This document shows, one piece after another, positions 49,251 through 64,000 of a stretch of 64,000 nucleotides of DNA. The stretch's first letter is position 1. Each line of letters opens with the position of its first letter. The stretch is taken from the NCBI RefSeq assembly GCF_009914755.1, contig NC_060947.1; one strand, given 5' to 3'. This DNA comes from the human T2T-CHM13v2.0 reference genome, Homo sapiens. The notes under the pieces are model-generated. The model did not search any database and was not told the origin of the DNA. It saw only the letters and a program-made list of their open reading frames with translations. Both the position numbers and the translations under genes were made by a program.

Positions 49251-49990
49251 CTGTGTGATGTTATTTATTTATTCATTGATTTATTAGTTAAATTAGAATA
49301 TGTGAACCATCTTCCTGGTTCTGCCAACCTGTATAATGTGGAAATTTTCTACACTGGTACCATTTGGTAGCAATGTGGCCAATTGTGTATTTCTAGTTTG
49401 TGTGAGTCCATGAAGAAGAGAATGAGCTCATGTGCCACTTTCATCTCCCTGAACTGAGGAGGCCTATGTTAGAGTTACGGTTCTATTGTTAATTGGCGGT
49501 GTCATCTTGAACTAATCCCATTACCTATCTGGACTTGAGTTTTTGTCAGCTGTAAATTAGGAAGTTGGAATGGACAGTGAGCTTCTCAAAGAAAGGACTC
49601 ATGTCCTGGTAATCTCAGTGCTAATCACAGTAGTGGACTCAAAGTAAATATGTAGTTTTGTTGAATAAAGGAGCCATCTCTGTGTTTCCATAGTCATCAT
49701 ATTATCTCTTCCGAGTAATAAGTTACTGAAGAGAATGATTTGATCTGGAAGAGAGCTAGTCTTAGAAATTTTTATTTCGTGCTTTGCCACCACCATTCAC
49801 CCACAAGTCCCCACTGTTTTAGTGTCCATTACTAGGAGCCCAGTAAGGTCACAAGATCCTAGGAAGGAAAATGGACTTCTGCAATGTACTTTAAAGGCTT
49901 ATAAGAAATTACTAAGTTTTGCTTAGAAGTAAAAAGTCAACTATGGTGTGGCTCTAATTCCTGGGATGTTGTTTTCAAACAGAGAAAAAT

Positions 49991-50275
49991 GGCCGGGTGC
50001 GGTGGCTCACGCCTGTAATCCCAGCACTTTGGGAGGCCGAGGTGGGCAGATCACCTGAAGCCAGGAGTTCAAGACCAGCCTGGCCAATATGGTGAAACCC
50101 CATCTCTACTAAAAATAGAAAAATTAGTCGGGCGTGGTGGTGGGCATCTGTAAACCCAGCTACTTGGGAGGCTGAGAATCTCTTGATCTCTTAAACCCGG
50201 GAGGCAGAGGTTGCAGTGAGCCAAGATCGTGCCACTGCACTCCAGCCTGGGTGACAGGAATAAACAAAACAAAAC
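49991..50275 (+). mobile_element. Alu (AluS); the only sense Alu seen in POLA1 introns
   Basis: Forward dimer; TSD agagaaaaat. Confidence 0.95.
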
Positions 50276-50651
50276 CATAGAGAAAAATATCAACCAAGTC
50301 CCAGTGAAGAAAAATTAGCAGGAAAATGCAATAAAACAAAACAGAAACACTAAACTGTGGAAGAATTCCACCTCAAATATTTACTTGTATTCAAATTTTT
50401 ATCCTTCTGTCTAAATCCTGCCAACCTACAGTGGTGAGATTAAAGCCCTCTCATGAAGCCTTCCTTGCTATTCAAACCTCTGTTGACCTCCTCTGTTCAT
50501 ACACTATCAAGACCTGAATTTTATATACTAAACATTTTGACTATTAATTACATTCTGTTTTCAGAGTGCTCCAGATGATACAGATCTCCTGTCTCACATT
50601 TTTCACAAATGTCCTACAATCCTTTTCACAATCTTAGGCTCATGAAAATAC

Positions 50652-52396
50652 TTTTTTTTTTTTTTTTTTTAATTTATTTTTTTATTGATAATTCTTGGGT
50701 GTTTCTCACAGAGGGGGATTTGGCAGGGTCATGGGACAATAGTGGAGGGAAGGTCAGCAGATAAACAAGTGAACAAAGGTCTCTGGTTTTCCTAGGCAGA
50801 GGACCCTGCGGCCTTCCGCAGTGTTTGTGTCCCTGATTACTTGAGATTAGGGATTGGTGATGACTCTTAACGAGCATGCTGCCTTCAAGCATCTGTTTAA
50901 CAAAGCACATCTTGCACCGCCCTTAATCCATTTAACCCTGAGTGGACACAGCACATGTTTCAGAGAGCACAGGGTTGGGGGTAAGGTCACAGATCAACAG
51001 GATCCCAAGGCAGAGGAATTTTTCTTAGTGCAGAACAAAATGAAAAGTCTCCCATGTCTTCTACTTTCTACACAGACACGGCAACCATCCGATTTCTCAA
51101 TCTTTTCCCCACCTTTCCCGCCTTTCTATTCCACAAAGCCGCCATTGTCATCCTGGCCCGTTCTCAATGAGCTGTTGGGCACACCTCCCAGACGGGGTGG
51201 TGGCCGGGCAGAGGGGCTCCTCACTTCCCAGTAGGGGCGGCCGGGCAGAGGCGCCCCTCACCTCCCGGACGGGGCGGCTGGCCGGGCAGGGGGGCTGACC
51301 CCCCCCACCTCCCTCCCAGACGGGGCGGCTGGCCGGGCGGGGGGCTGACACCCCCACCTCCCTCCCGGACGGGGCGGCTGGCCGGGCAGAGGGGCTCCTC
51401 ACTTCCCAGTAGGGGCGGCCGGGCAGAGGCGCCCCTCACCTCCCGGACGGGGCGGCTGGCCGGGCAGGGGGGCTGACCCCCCCACCTCCCTCCCGGACAG
51501 GGCGGCTGGCCGGGCGGGGGGCTGACCCCCCCACCTCCCTCCCGGACGGCACGGCTGGCCAGGCGGGGGGCTGACCCCCCCACCTCCCTCCCGGATGGGG
51601 CGGCTGGCTGGGCGGGGGGCTGACCCCCCCACCTCCCTCCCGGACAGCACGGCTGGCCAGGCGGGGGGCTGACCCCCCCACCTCCCTCCCGGACGGCACG
51701 GCTGGCCAGGCGGGGGGCTGACCCCCCCACCTCCCTCCCGGATGGGGCGGCTGGCCTGGCGGGGGCTGACCCCCCCCACCTCCCTCCCGGACGGGGTGGC
51801 TGCCGGGCGGAGACGCTCCTCACTTCCCAGATGGGGTGGCTGCTGGGCGGAGAGGCTCCTCACTTCTCAGACGGGGCAGCTGCCGGGCGGAGGGGCTCCT
51901 CACTTCTCAGACGGGGTGGTTGCCAGGCAGAGGGTCTCCTCACTTCTCAGACGGGGCGGCCGGGCAGAGACGCTCCTCACCTCCCAGACGGGGTCTCGGC
52001 CGGGCAGAGGCGCTCCTCACATCCCAGATGGGGCGGCGGGGCAGAGGCGCTCCCCACATCTCAGACGATGGGCGGCCGGGCAGAGACGCTCCTCACTTCC
52101 TAGATGTGATGGCGGCTGGGAAGAGGCGCTCCTCACTTCCTAGATGGGATGGCGGCCGGGCGGAGATGCTCCTCACTTTCCAGACTGGGCAGCCAGGCAG
52201 AGGGGCTCCTCACATCCCAGACGATGGGCGGCCAGGCAGAGACACTCCTCACTTCCCAGACGGGGTGGCGGCCGGGCAGAGGCTGCAATCTCGGCACTTT
52301 GGGAGGCCAAGGCAGGCGGCTGCTCCTTGCCCTCGGGCCCCGTGGGGCCCGTCCGCTCCTCCAGCCGCTGCCTCCCGGGCGGCGCTCGCCGGCGCC
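50652..52396 (-). mobile_element. SVA_F1 (MAST2-SVA) retrotransposon
   Basis: Poly-T, SINE-R (~50670-51180), GC-rich VNTR (~51180-52290), short Alu-like remnant, no (CCCTCT)n. 52320-52396 matches recalled MAST2 exon 1 (RRAPPGRQRLEERTGPTGPEGKEQ). TSD is C plus a T run. Confidence 0.93.
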
Positions 52397-52411
52397 TTTT
52401 TTTTTTTTTTT

Positions 52412-53562
<1,151 letters not shown>

Positions 53563-53882
53563 CCTTTTCTTTCTTAAACAAAAGATAATGTTATAGAGGT
53601 TTTGTACTTTGCTTTTTTCTTGTAGCAAGATGTCTTGAAAATTACCCCATATTAGAACATAGAGAGCTTGTTTTTAATTATTTATTTCTATGTAGCTGCA
53701 TAGTATTCCATGATAGGGATTGCACAATGTTTATTCAAATGGTTTCCTTGGAAGGACATTTAGATTATTTTGAGTAATTTGCTATTATAATGCCACATCC
53801 AATAACTCTGTGCATATGGCGTTTTCCTCAGAGAAAATTCCCAGAAGTGGGATTGCTGGCTCAAAGAGTAGCTACGCATAAA

Positions 53883-54175
53883 TTTTTTTTTTTTTGAGAT
53901 GGAGTTTTGCTCGTTGCCTAAGCTGGAGTACAATGGCGCGATCTCGGCTCATTGCAACCTCTGCCTCCTGAGTTCAAGTGATTCTTCCGCCTCAGCCTCC
54001 TGAGTAGCTGGGATTACAGGTGCCTGCCACCACACCCAGCTAATTTTTGTATTTTTAGTAGAGACGGGGTTTCACCATGTTGGCCAGGCTGGTCTCGAGC
54101 TCCTGTCCTGAGATGATCCACCCGCCTTGGCCTCCCAAAGTGCTGGGATTACAGGCGTGAGCCACCACGCCCAGC
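53883..54175 (-). mobile_element. Alu (AluS)
   Basis: TSD ctac(g/a)cataaa. Confidence 0.95.
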
Positions 54176-54304
54176 CCACTACACATAAAATTTTATTAGC
54201 TATTGCCTATTCTTTATAGGAGCTGTCCCATTTTACACTCTCATGAACAATGTATGAATGTCTGTTTCTCTACAGCCTTACTAACAGTGTTTTCAAGCTT
54301 TTGA

Positions 54305-54706
<402 letters not shown>

Positions 54707-55160
54707 TAAAACGTAACTATTTATATATGTTTGTGTTTACTGCCTGCTTTCCTTTTGGGCTTTTTATCTTTTAAGTTTTTAAAAGTTCTTTGTCAGGGAA
54801 ATTGGTCCTTTATCTGTGATACATATTGCACAAATTTTTTCTTCATTTTTCTTTTAACTTGGTTTTCTTTTTTCTTGGTTTTTCTTTTTACACCAATTCT
54901 GGTGTAATTGAATTTATCATTTTTTTTCTTGCAAGTGGATTCTGAGTCATAGAAAGATTTTCACTGGACCCAAATTGCAAAGGAATTGCTTTTTAAAAGG
55001 TTTTTGTAAAGTTTCATTTTTAAAAATTTTGATTTGTGATCCATTTGGTGTTTATACTGGTTTACTTCTTTACAAATGGCTAGCCAACACTACTTAATAA
55101 AGTCCATCTTTTCCTTAGTGATATGGGATGCCACCTTCATTATATATTAAATTTCCATAA

Positions 55161-55541
<381 letters not shown>

Positions 55542-55690
55542 TACCACATTCTTTCAATTATTCATTGTTGGCTTTTTTTTGAGATCAGGACTATTCTGGG
55601 ATGAATCAGAAAGCGAGAGTAAAATTGACGGTATTAGAAAAGTTTGTAGGTGATTTACACATAGCCGTAAGAGAAAACATATGGCAAAAG

Positions 55691-55993
55691 TTTTGTTTGT
55701 TTTTTTTCTTTTTCAAGACAGAGTCTTGCTCTGTTGCCAGGCTGGAGTGCAGTGGCGCGATCCCAGCTCACTGCAATCTCGCCTCCGGGGTTCAAGCGAT
55801 TTCCCTGCCTCAGCCTCTCGAGTAGCTGGGATTACAGGCATGTGGCAACCACGCCTGGCTAATTTTTTGTATTTTAGTAGAGATGGGGTTTCACCATGTT
55901 GGCCAGGATGGTATCGATTTCCTGATCTCGTGATCCGCCCGCCTCGGTCTTTTAAAGTGTTGGGATTACAGGCGTGAGCCACCGCACCCGGCC
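55691..55993 (-). mobile_element. Alu (AluSc-like)
   Basis: TSD gcaaaagtt. Confidence 0.93.
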
Positions 55994-56395
55994 AGCAAAA
56001 GTTGTTCTTTAATGAGCAGATGTCTCTGTGCTGTTTAGTGTTGATATGACATACTGTGTATCTGGTTGCTGTTTCTCATAAAATGGAAATTAGGATGCCA
56101 CCATATCATAATTGGTAATCCCATTTCTTCACAGTTAAATTTTCCTATCAGATTCAGTATACAGCTAAAGAGATGATCTCATGAAGGCTACTAGGCTAAT
56201 TTCTTGGTTCAAGATTAGCTTTATCTTTTTATTTCTGTGGGGAAAACAAACCCAAATTCTCACTTTTTTAAAAAGCTTTTTATTCACATTAACAATAGCA
56301 GTTAAGCAGTCACACTTATGCTGATATTTAACTGGTATTTCATTAGTTTCTATAAAAACATTTGGCCCATGTTTTCTTGAATTAAACTCATTTAA

Positions 56396-56718
<323 letters not shown>

Positions 56719-56813
56719 TGTATTTTTAATTCTTAACATTTTTCTTCCCAATAGAGATCAAGTGACTAGGCTTTTAGTTTTCCATTTTGATTTTTGCTGA
56801 TGCATGTTTCTAA

Positions 56814-56993
<180 letters not shown>

Positions 56994-57419
56994 TGAATTT
57001 AATATTTGATTATACAGATAACAGGTGCTCTGTATATATTTGAGTAACATTTTTCCAATTTCACTCACTAAGTTGGATGTAGATTTCTAAGTGAATTAAG
57101 GCACCTCAGTGGTTGGAACTTGCGAAATGGAAAAGAGAATTGAACAGAAAAGCTGAATTGAGAGTGTGTTTAATTTTAGTGAGTAGCAGGAAGATCATGG
57201 ATTAAGGGCGAAAGTAGAGGATGGGAGCTATAGATGTAGGAATGCTATATACACAGGTGGTTGTTAAAATCTGTGAATGTAGATGAGCACTCAGAGAGTG
57301 AGGAATGAAGAGGCAAGGACTAACTGGCTAGGTCCTTCCTTTCATATACATGTGTGTAGTTTTGGTGAGACATTTTAAGTGCAAGGCTTTCTCATGTTAC
57401 CTTTCTTTATCATTTCCAG

Positions 57420-57482
57420 AAAGCTGTAGACTTGTCCAAGGATGGTCTGCTAGGTGACATTCTACAGGATCTTAACACTGAG
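57420..57482 (+). CDS. POLA1: POLA1 exon 6
   Basis: ttccag|KAVDLSKDGLLGDILQDLNTE|gtaaat; 63 nt; contains the DIL motif of the Ctf4/AND-1-interacting peptide. Confidence 0.96.
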
Positions 57483-57571
57483 GTAAATGAATCTCCAGGA
57501 GTTGTAAAATATGCAGAGGACATAGACTGAAGAAACACTCTAGTAATTATACAAAACAGACTATTGCCAGA

Positions 57572-57872
57572 ATTTTTTCTTTTTTTTTGAAACAGTAGCT
57601 TGCACTGTTGCCCAGGCTGGTGTGCAGTGGTGCGATCTTGGCTCGTTGCAACCTCTGATTCCCAGGTTCCTCTTCCCTGATTCCTGCCTCAGCCTCCCGA
57701 GTAGCTAGGATTACAGGCACCTGCCACCACGCCCGGCTAATATTTTGTATTTTTACTAGAGACTAGGTTTCACTATGTTGGCCAGGCTGGTCTCGAACTC
57801 CTTACCTCGTGATCCGCCTGTCTTGGCCTCCCAAAGTGCTGGGATTACAGGCGTGAGCCACTGTGCCCGGCC
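57572..57872 (-). mobile_element. Alu (AluS)
   Basis: Reverse dimer; TSD cagaattttt. Confidence 0.93.
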
Positions 57873-58640
57873 TGTTGACAGAATTTTTTAAAATGTAAGA
57901 ACGCCAACAAAAAACCCCCCACCAAAAAACAAAGAAACCCCCTTCAGATTGGTTTTATCCCACCATTTTAGGTGAGTATTTCCAGCTGTTAGAGCTGTGT
58001 GATTATGTAGATAGGGATGTGTGGGTGTGTGTTTGAAGTAGTAAGAATATACCCAGGAGTCAGTTCTGTGAGTGCTCACTGCTTGTGTTCAGTTGCTGTG
58101 GTGTATGTTCCCTAAATAGATTGAAGCCTGTCAATCTGCACAATCAGGTATAAGAGCCTTGTCTTGAATTCTGAGTGGGAATGAAGGAAGAGTGAGTGAA
58201 CTATCCCTGATAGAACTCAAACAGGATTAGCTGCATTGTGAATTTGAGATTTGGCCATTTCCCATAAAGACTACGCTCTCATTTAGAAGTGTACTTCTTT
58301 TAAAGTGACCATTGATTAAAATGACTTAACAACAACACCATGTAGTTTTATCTTGACAATTTTTAAATGTAATATTCTCAAAGGGTCAGTGAAAGTATGT
58401 TAAATTTTAAGAAGAAAAAATTTGGGAGGGGGTAGATTTAATATCTATTTTAGTTTTCTTGTGATTTCTATAGTATTGTTGCTATAGTAACCACAGTACA
58501 TGACATCGATGGGAGGGGGGAGGGGGAAAGGGAAAGAAAAGAAAGCTTTGCTTATTGGGCTTCAATGAGTGAAGAAGTATACTTTTTCTGTCTGTGGTAA
58601 ACCAAGCATGGCAGTGAATATGTCTTACCTTTCCTTTTAG

Positions 58641-58805
<165 letters not shown>

Positions 58806-59150
58806 TGAGGGAAATACCTTTACATTTGTTTTTGATTTTTGTTTTAAATTAGGACTCCCATTCAATTTATAGTTTCATGTATTTCAAAAATAGCATGTGC
58901 CTGCCTTTTTCATAGTAAATTTGCAGTAACTAGTGTGTGTTTATTATAGGTATTACAACTGTGGTAAATGCAATAATTTTCCTCCCAGAAGCAAGTATTT
59001 TTTTGTAAACCTAGGTAACAGTAAAATAATTGAAGCTGTTACATTAATAATACATAAAATCTTTTTATAAAAGGGAACTGTCATTATCTTTGGTCAGGGT
59101 AGGACAGTTGCATATTTTTAGTATGTAGGTCTAACTGACTAAATATTTAA

Positions 59151-59315
<165 letters not shown>

Positions 59316-59485
59316 TGATGGAGGAGGTAGAGGAGATTTTGAAGGTGTTGTGATGGCAAGTTTAAATGTGAAGATTTGAATTCATAAAAATTTCAGTAAA
59401 AGTTAAAAACACCCAATTTGGAGATTAAAGAGAAATGCAAACATAGTATAGAAAAGGGACAGGCTGCTATTTTAGTGTTGGATAA

Positions 59486-59525
59486 GCCTTTGTGCGCCTT
59501 TGTGTGCCTTTGTGTGCCTTTGTGT
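59486..59525. repeat. 10-bp tandem repeat x4 (gcctttgtgy)
   Basis: Read directly. Confidence 0.92.
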
Positions 59526-59543
59526 CATCGCAATAACACATGA

Positions 59544-59771
<228 letters not shown>

Positions 59772-59841
59772 TAAGAGCATTTTATGACTTTTCTGGCAAA
59801 TAGGACCACAATTTTTCTGTTGGATTTTGAAAGGTTTTTGA

Positions 59842-60048
<207 letters not shown>

Positions 60049-60419
60049 TAAGGTAACTATATGCCTTTAACTCAGAGTAGGACTTTTCCCTTAAATATTT
60101 TATTTTTTGTTTCTTTTTGTGTGTTTTGTCTTTTTATTTAATCAGTTTATTTCTGTTTTTTTTTTCTTTATCCTTAAATACTTGAGTCACTGTAATTAGC
60201 TCAGGTCAGGCCCTGCCCTCACTTAACATGTATTGTAAGAGAGCGACACTCATTCATTGTAAAGTGAATGCGCCACCCTGATGGAGAAGAGCTATGGTGC
60301 GAATAATCCTTAAAGATGCTTATTCCAAAAATCAGTTACATATGGTTTTGGAATGTGTGTTTGTAGTTCACTATTGATGTGTCTGAAGTTACAGGAATGC
60401 ACTTTAATTTAAAGGGAAT

Positions 60420-61205
60420 CAGTCATTAATTTGTCTGTTTCTTCAGCAAATTTGAATGCCTATTGTGTGCTAGGCACTGAGATGGGATGAATAAGCTGGA
60501 CAAATTCGTGCACTATAATGGAGCTTATGTTCTAGGAGGGTGGCAGTGGGTGGGGGCACATTAGCAGTAAATGAGATAAATTGATAAATGATGTAAAGAA
60601 AATTAGTTGGGCGATGGCCAGGGGAGGCCTGTCTGAGGAAATGACCACTGGGCTGAGATTTGAGGTATTTGCAGAGCTGGTGAAAGGGCATTTCAGCTTA
60701 ACGAGCCAAGTACTAGCAAAGGCCTAGAGAGAGGAAGGAGGAGGCCTGTGTGGTTGTAGCATAGTAATCAAGTGACAAGATTGGTATAAAATGAAGCTGG
60801 AGATAAAGACAAAGGCCAGATAATGTAGGACTTTGAAAGCCTCGTTAAGGAGTTTGAATCTTCTAAGAGCAATGGGGTGGCATTGGAGGGTTTTAAGTAC
60901 AGGGGGTGGTGGTCACGTAATTGGGTTTACATTTTAACAGGAACAGTGGTTTGTGTAGAGAATAAGCACTGTGGTGCATGTGTGCGTGTGCACACACACG
61001 TGGAGGGATGGGCTGGTGTAGGGTAATGGGGAAGTGTGGAAGCCCTGGAGATCAGTCAATCCAGGGCAGGGCTGCTAGTTACTTGGACCCTGGTGGCTGG
61101 AGAGGAGAGAAGTAAAGGCATTTGACATGTCTTTTGACACAAACTTGTTAATGGATTGGATGGGGGAGGTGACAGAAAGGAGGAATCAAGGATGATTTCT
61201 AGGTC
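60420..61205 (-). mobile_element. L2 fragment
   Basis: 'cagcaaatttgaatgcctattgtgtgctaggcactg' ... 'gaggaatcaaggatgatttctagg'. Confidence 0.75.
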
Positions 61206-61839
61206 ATCTTAATGAGCTAATACTGTGAATTCTTGACTCACAAAAAGCCCGGAGGCTGTTCGGTATTCTTTTGTGCCTCTTTGAGCCCGTCTTCATTGTG
61301 GGACTGTGCATTGCAAGATCTGTCAGATTAATGTTAAATACAGTATGCACTCTTAAACAGAGTTGTCTTTATTTAGATCCTTTTTGGATCTGTGGTACAT
61401 GCAAATAGTGTATTTTTCAAAGCGGTTTCCTGGAGGCTGTATCTAGTGAAAAGAGAGGGAGTACCTAGATGTCAGCAAAGCAAGCGTGTGAGTAAATTGA
61501 AGGCCACATTTACCTTAAAGATAACCAGGCATTGACTTTAATTGGAAAAATGTTAATGATCTCTGGCAGGGGTGGGGGCGGTCAGAAGCATTAATATGCT
61601 TCAGCTTATCAAATATATATAAACTCTTGAGCCACTTGAGTAGCACACTGCCATGTGTTAGTTTCTTAGGAAAAGATATAATCAATTTTAGAAATGATAT
61701 CTTAATTTACTTTAGCTAGGACAAAATGATTTGATTATACCCCCTCACCTCTTTGACTATTTTGTTACTCTGCTGGAAGTCTGGCAAGTATGATTACATG
61801 AGGCTAAGCAGATGATTTCCCATCCATTGCTGAAACCCA

Positions 61840-62720
61840 GGGCTGCCCCATTGTACAACCTCAGGGAATACCATTTTCACGTGACTTTCCTGGAGCACAG
61901 CAGTGTGACTGGTGCTCCCTGGAGCTGGGCAGCACACTGGCCTGGCTATCCCAGTATTACTCCCCGTACTTTGCTGCATCTGCTCAATGCTGCATTTCAT
62001 TCCCTATCTTGGTTAATGGTCCCATCAAAACCAGAAACCTGGGAGCCATCCTTGATTCCCTCCTTTTCCTCACTTTCCTTTCCAAGTCTGGTTAGTTTTC
62101 TCTGCCGAAAGTGGACAACTTACCTTCTCTTTTTCCTCATATCTACCACCCTGATCCCTTCTTGCCCACTGAAACAATTGCACCAGCCTCCTAATTGATC
62201 TCTTAGCTATCGTCTTCCACATCACTGCTAGAGGGACTGATCAGAAGGGCAATTCTGACCATGTCAGTCGTCATTAAAAAAAAAAAATCCTCAGTGGCTA
62301 CTGCCTACAACATAAAGTCCAAACTGCTTAGCAAGGCTTCTGATGCCTGCTGTCTATGAATTTTGTTCCCTAGAAATAATTCTCTGTATGTACTTTTCTG
62401 CTCTTTATACCTGTGTTCCTTTACTCCTTGTTTTTTGTCTGATTGGAATGTGCTCATCTGACTCATTCTTTAAAATTCAGCCCAGATGTTATCTCCTGGG
62501 AGTGTACCTAAACCTCCAGACGGGTCTAGGAGCCCTTTCTCCTTGTGACTACATCATAGCCTTTCCCACTGTAGCGTTTGTCCTATTATTTTGAAATGAA
62601 CTGAGTCTGTGTTTTTCTTTGCCACAAAGCCTGTAAGCTCCTGGAGGGCTGGGATCTTTTATTTCCAGCATCCAGCAGCAATGCCTTGCACATAGTACGT
62701 GTTTAATAAATAGTTGTTGA
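61840..62720 (+). mobile_element. L2 fragment
   Basis: 'ccagaaacctgggagccatccttgattccctcc' ... 'cacatagtacgtgtttaataaatagttgttg'. Confidence 0.7.
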
Positions 62721-63065
62721 AATAAACTGCACAGTGACTGACAGTCCTGTAGATGCAGGTGAAAAATTTCAGAGACTAGTGTTGCATTTGCTACTATTCC
62801 TGAGTTTGCATCTTAATGCCTTGTAGCTTTGTGGGGTATGAGAATGCGTAACACAAAAGCAAATGGTTCCCCACTCCCCCACAACCCCACAAAGTAAATA
62901 CATCCATAAGGCTTCATATTGCCAGCGTCAGTTGCCAAGGATTAGAACCTTAAGAAGCAACAACCTTCTTTCTTTCTTATTTGAAAATGAGTTGGTTATT
63001 TCTACATTTCGTTTACTGGCTGATACTCTTAGTAAACAGAGCATTGTTTTGCAGGGTAAGGATCT

Positions 63066-63280
63066 AGAGCTGCATTGTCCACTGTGGTAGCCACCAGCCA
63101 CTTGTAGCTCTTTACATTTAAATTAATTAAAATGCAATACAAATTAAAATTTATTTTCTTGGTCACTAGCCACATTTCAGGTGTTCAATAGCAACTGTGG
63201 CTAGTAGCTACCATATTGGATGGCTCAGAAACAACAATTCCATCATCACAGAAATTTATTTCAACTAGTGCTGGTCTGTA
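63066..63280. mobile_element. MER3/MER33-like hAT MITE
   Basis: 'gcattgtccactgtggtagccaccagccac...cactagccacatttcaggtgttcaatagc'. Confidence 0.7.
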
Positions 63281-64000
63281 GTGACAAGTGTTGGAAGATT
63301 GAAGCATTGAAGCACAGTTATATTTGCAAAGCAACCAGTTTATGATATATGATGGTGTTGAATTCCTGGTACTGACCATAGTCATGGATAGGCTTTTTCA
63401 ACCAATATTGGAAAATATTTTGCAATTGAAAGAGATACTAATTTGTTATTGATCTGTCATCCAAATGCTAAGGCAGAATGAAATTTCTGGTGCTGGAGAA
63501 GGCCTCAGAGATCATCTAGTCTAGTTATGCACTTAAGAAACTGAGGCTCTGAAAGATATAATAGCTCTTTAGTGGTAGAAGCTTGGGCTTCTCACCCTCA
63601 GTCCACTCTGCTGTTCTGGTTCCGTGGTACTTCTCAAGTTGTGTTCTCTCCTATGGCACATCTTCTCTGTTATTGATGCCAACGGGTTAAATAAGATAGC
63701 TTAAAAAAACTCCTTTAATCTCAGAGTGTTGAACACTTTCATTGTGATAGCAGGTAATGATCACTGAGCTTTGGTGAAATCAATGCTGCTAATAAAAATG
63801 AAGTACTCCAAAAGACCCTGTTATTGTTTCTCACTTTCTAACAGATTCTAAGTAAGTCAGTTGTTGCTGAATGCTCCATAATTATGAAAAGAATCTTACT
63901 CTTTGCATATGGGAAGATATCCTGTCTTCATTATGACTTTTTCAAGGTTGAATAATCCTGACTGCACCTGGTTTCAGCTAGTAACTTTGGGGGGAATGTG

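Noticed and set aside
51180-52290. Regular 35-50-bp repeats that look superficially CRISPR-like
   Set aside because: Tandem SVA VNTR with no unique spacers or cas genes, in eukaryotic DNA.
60205-60305. CTCF-like gcgccaccctgatgg and small hairpin cattca..tgaatg
   Set aside because: Motif spacing is off by one base and the hairpin is short enough to be chance.

Overview
This is primate, almost certainly human, genomic DNA: about 40 Alus plus L1, L2, MIR, MaLR/ERVL LTRs, hAT fossils and a human-specific-type SVA. It contains the CpG-island promoter and coding exons 1-10 of POLA1 (DNA polymerase alpha catalytic subunit; + strand, ATG at 36241, 1069 nt that splice in frame; the gene continues past the window). 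About 21 kb upstream and divergent is a 63-nt alternative first coding exon (MVGHQECIMEEDNRAPQLWRK) that I recognise as PCYT1B (- strand). Nearly all ORFs in the supplied track are repeat read-through. I found no evidence for a new multi-gene system. The most interesting features are retrotransposition and template-switch products: an antisense SVA_F1 carrying a piece of MAST2 exon 1 in POLA1 intron 4; an unidentified ~600-bp polyadenylated insert inside an L1 ORF1; a perfect 23-bp hairpin inside a decayed palindrome; a 33-nt tailless U2 retrocopy; an Alu-split RPL23 pseudogene; a probable L1PB 3' transduction; and an Alu strand bias that flips with gene direction. Gene and repeat names come from recall, not database searches. 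Repeat boundaries are approximate.
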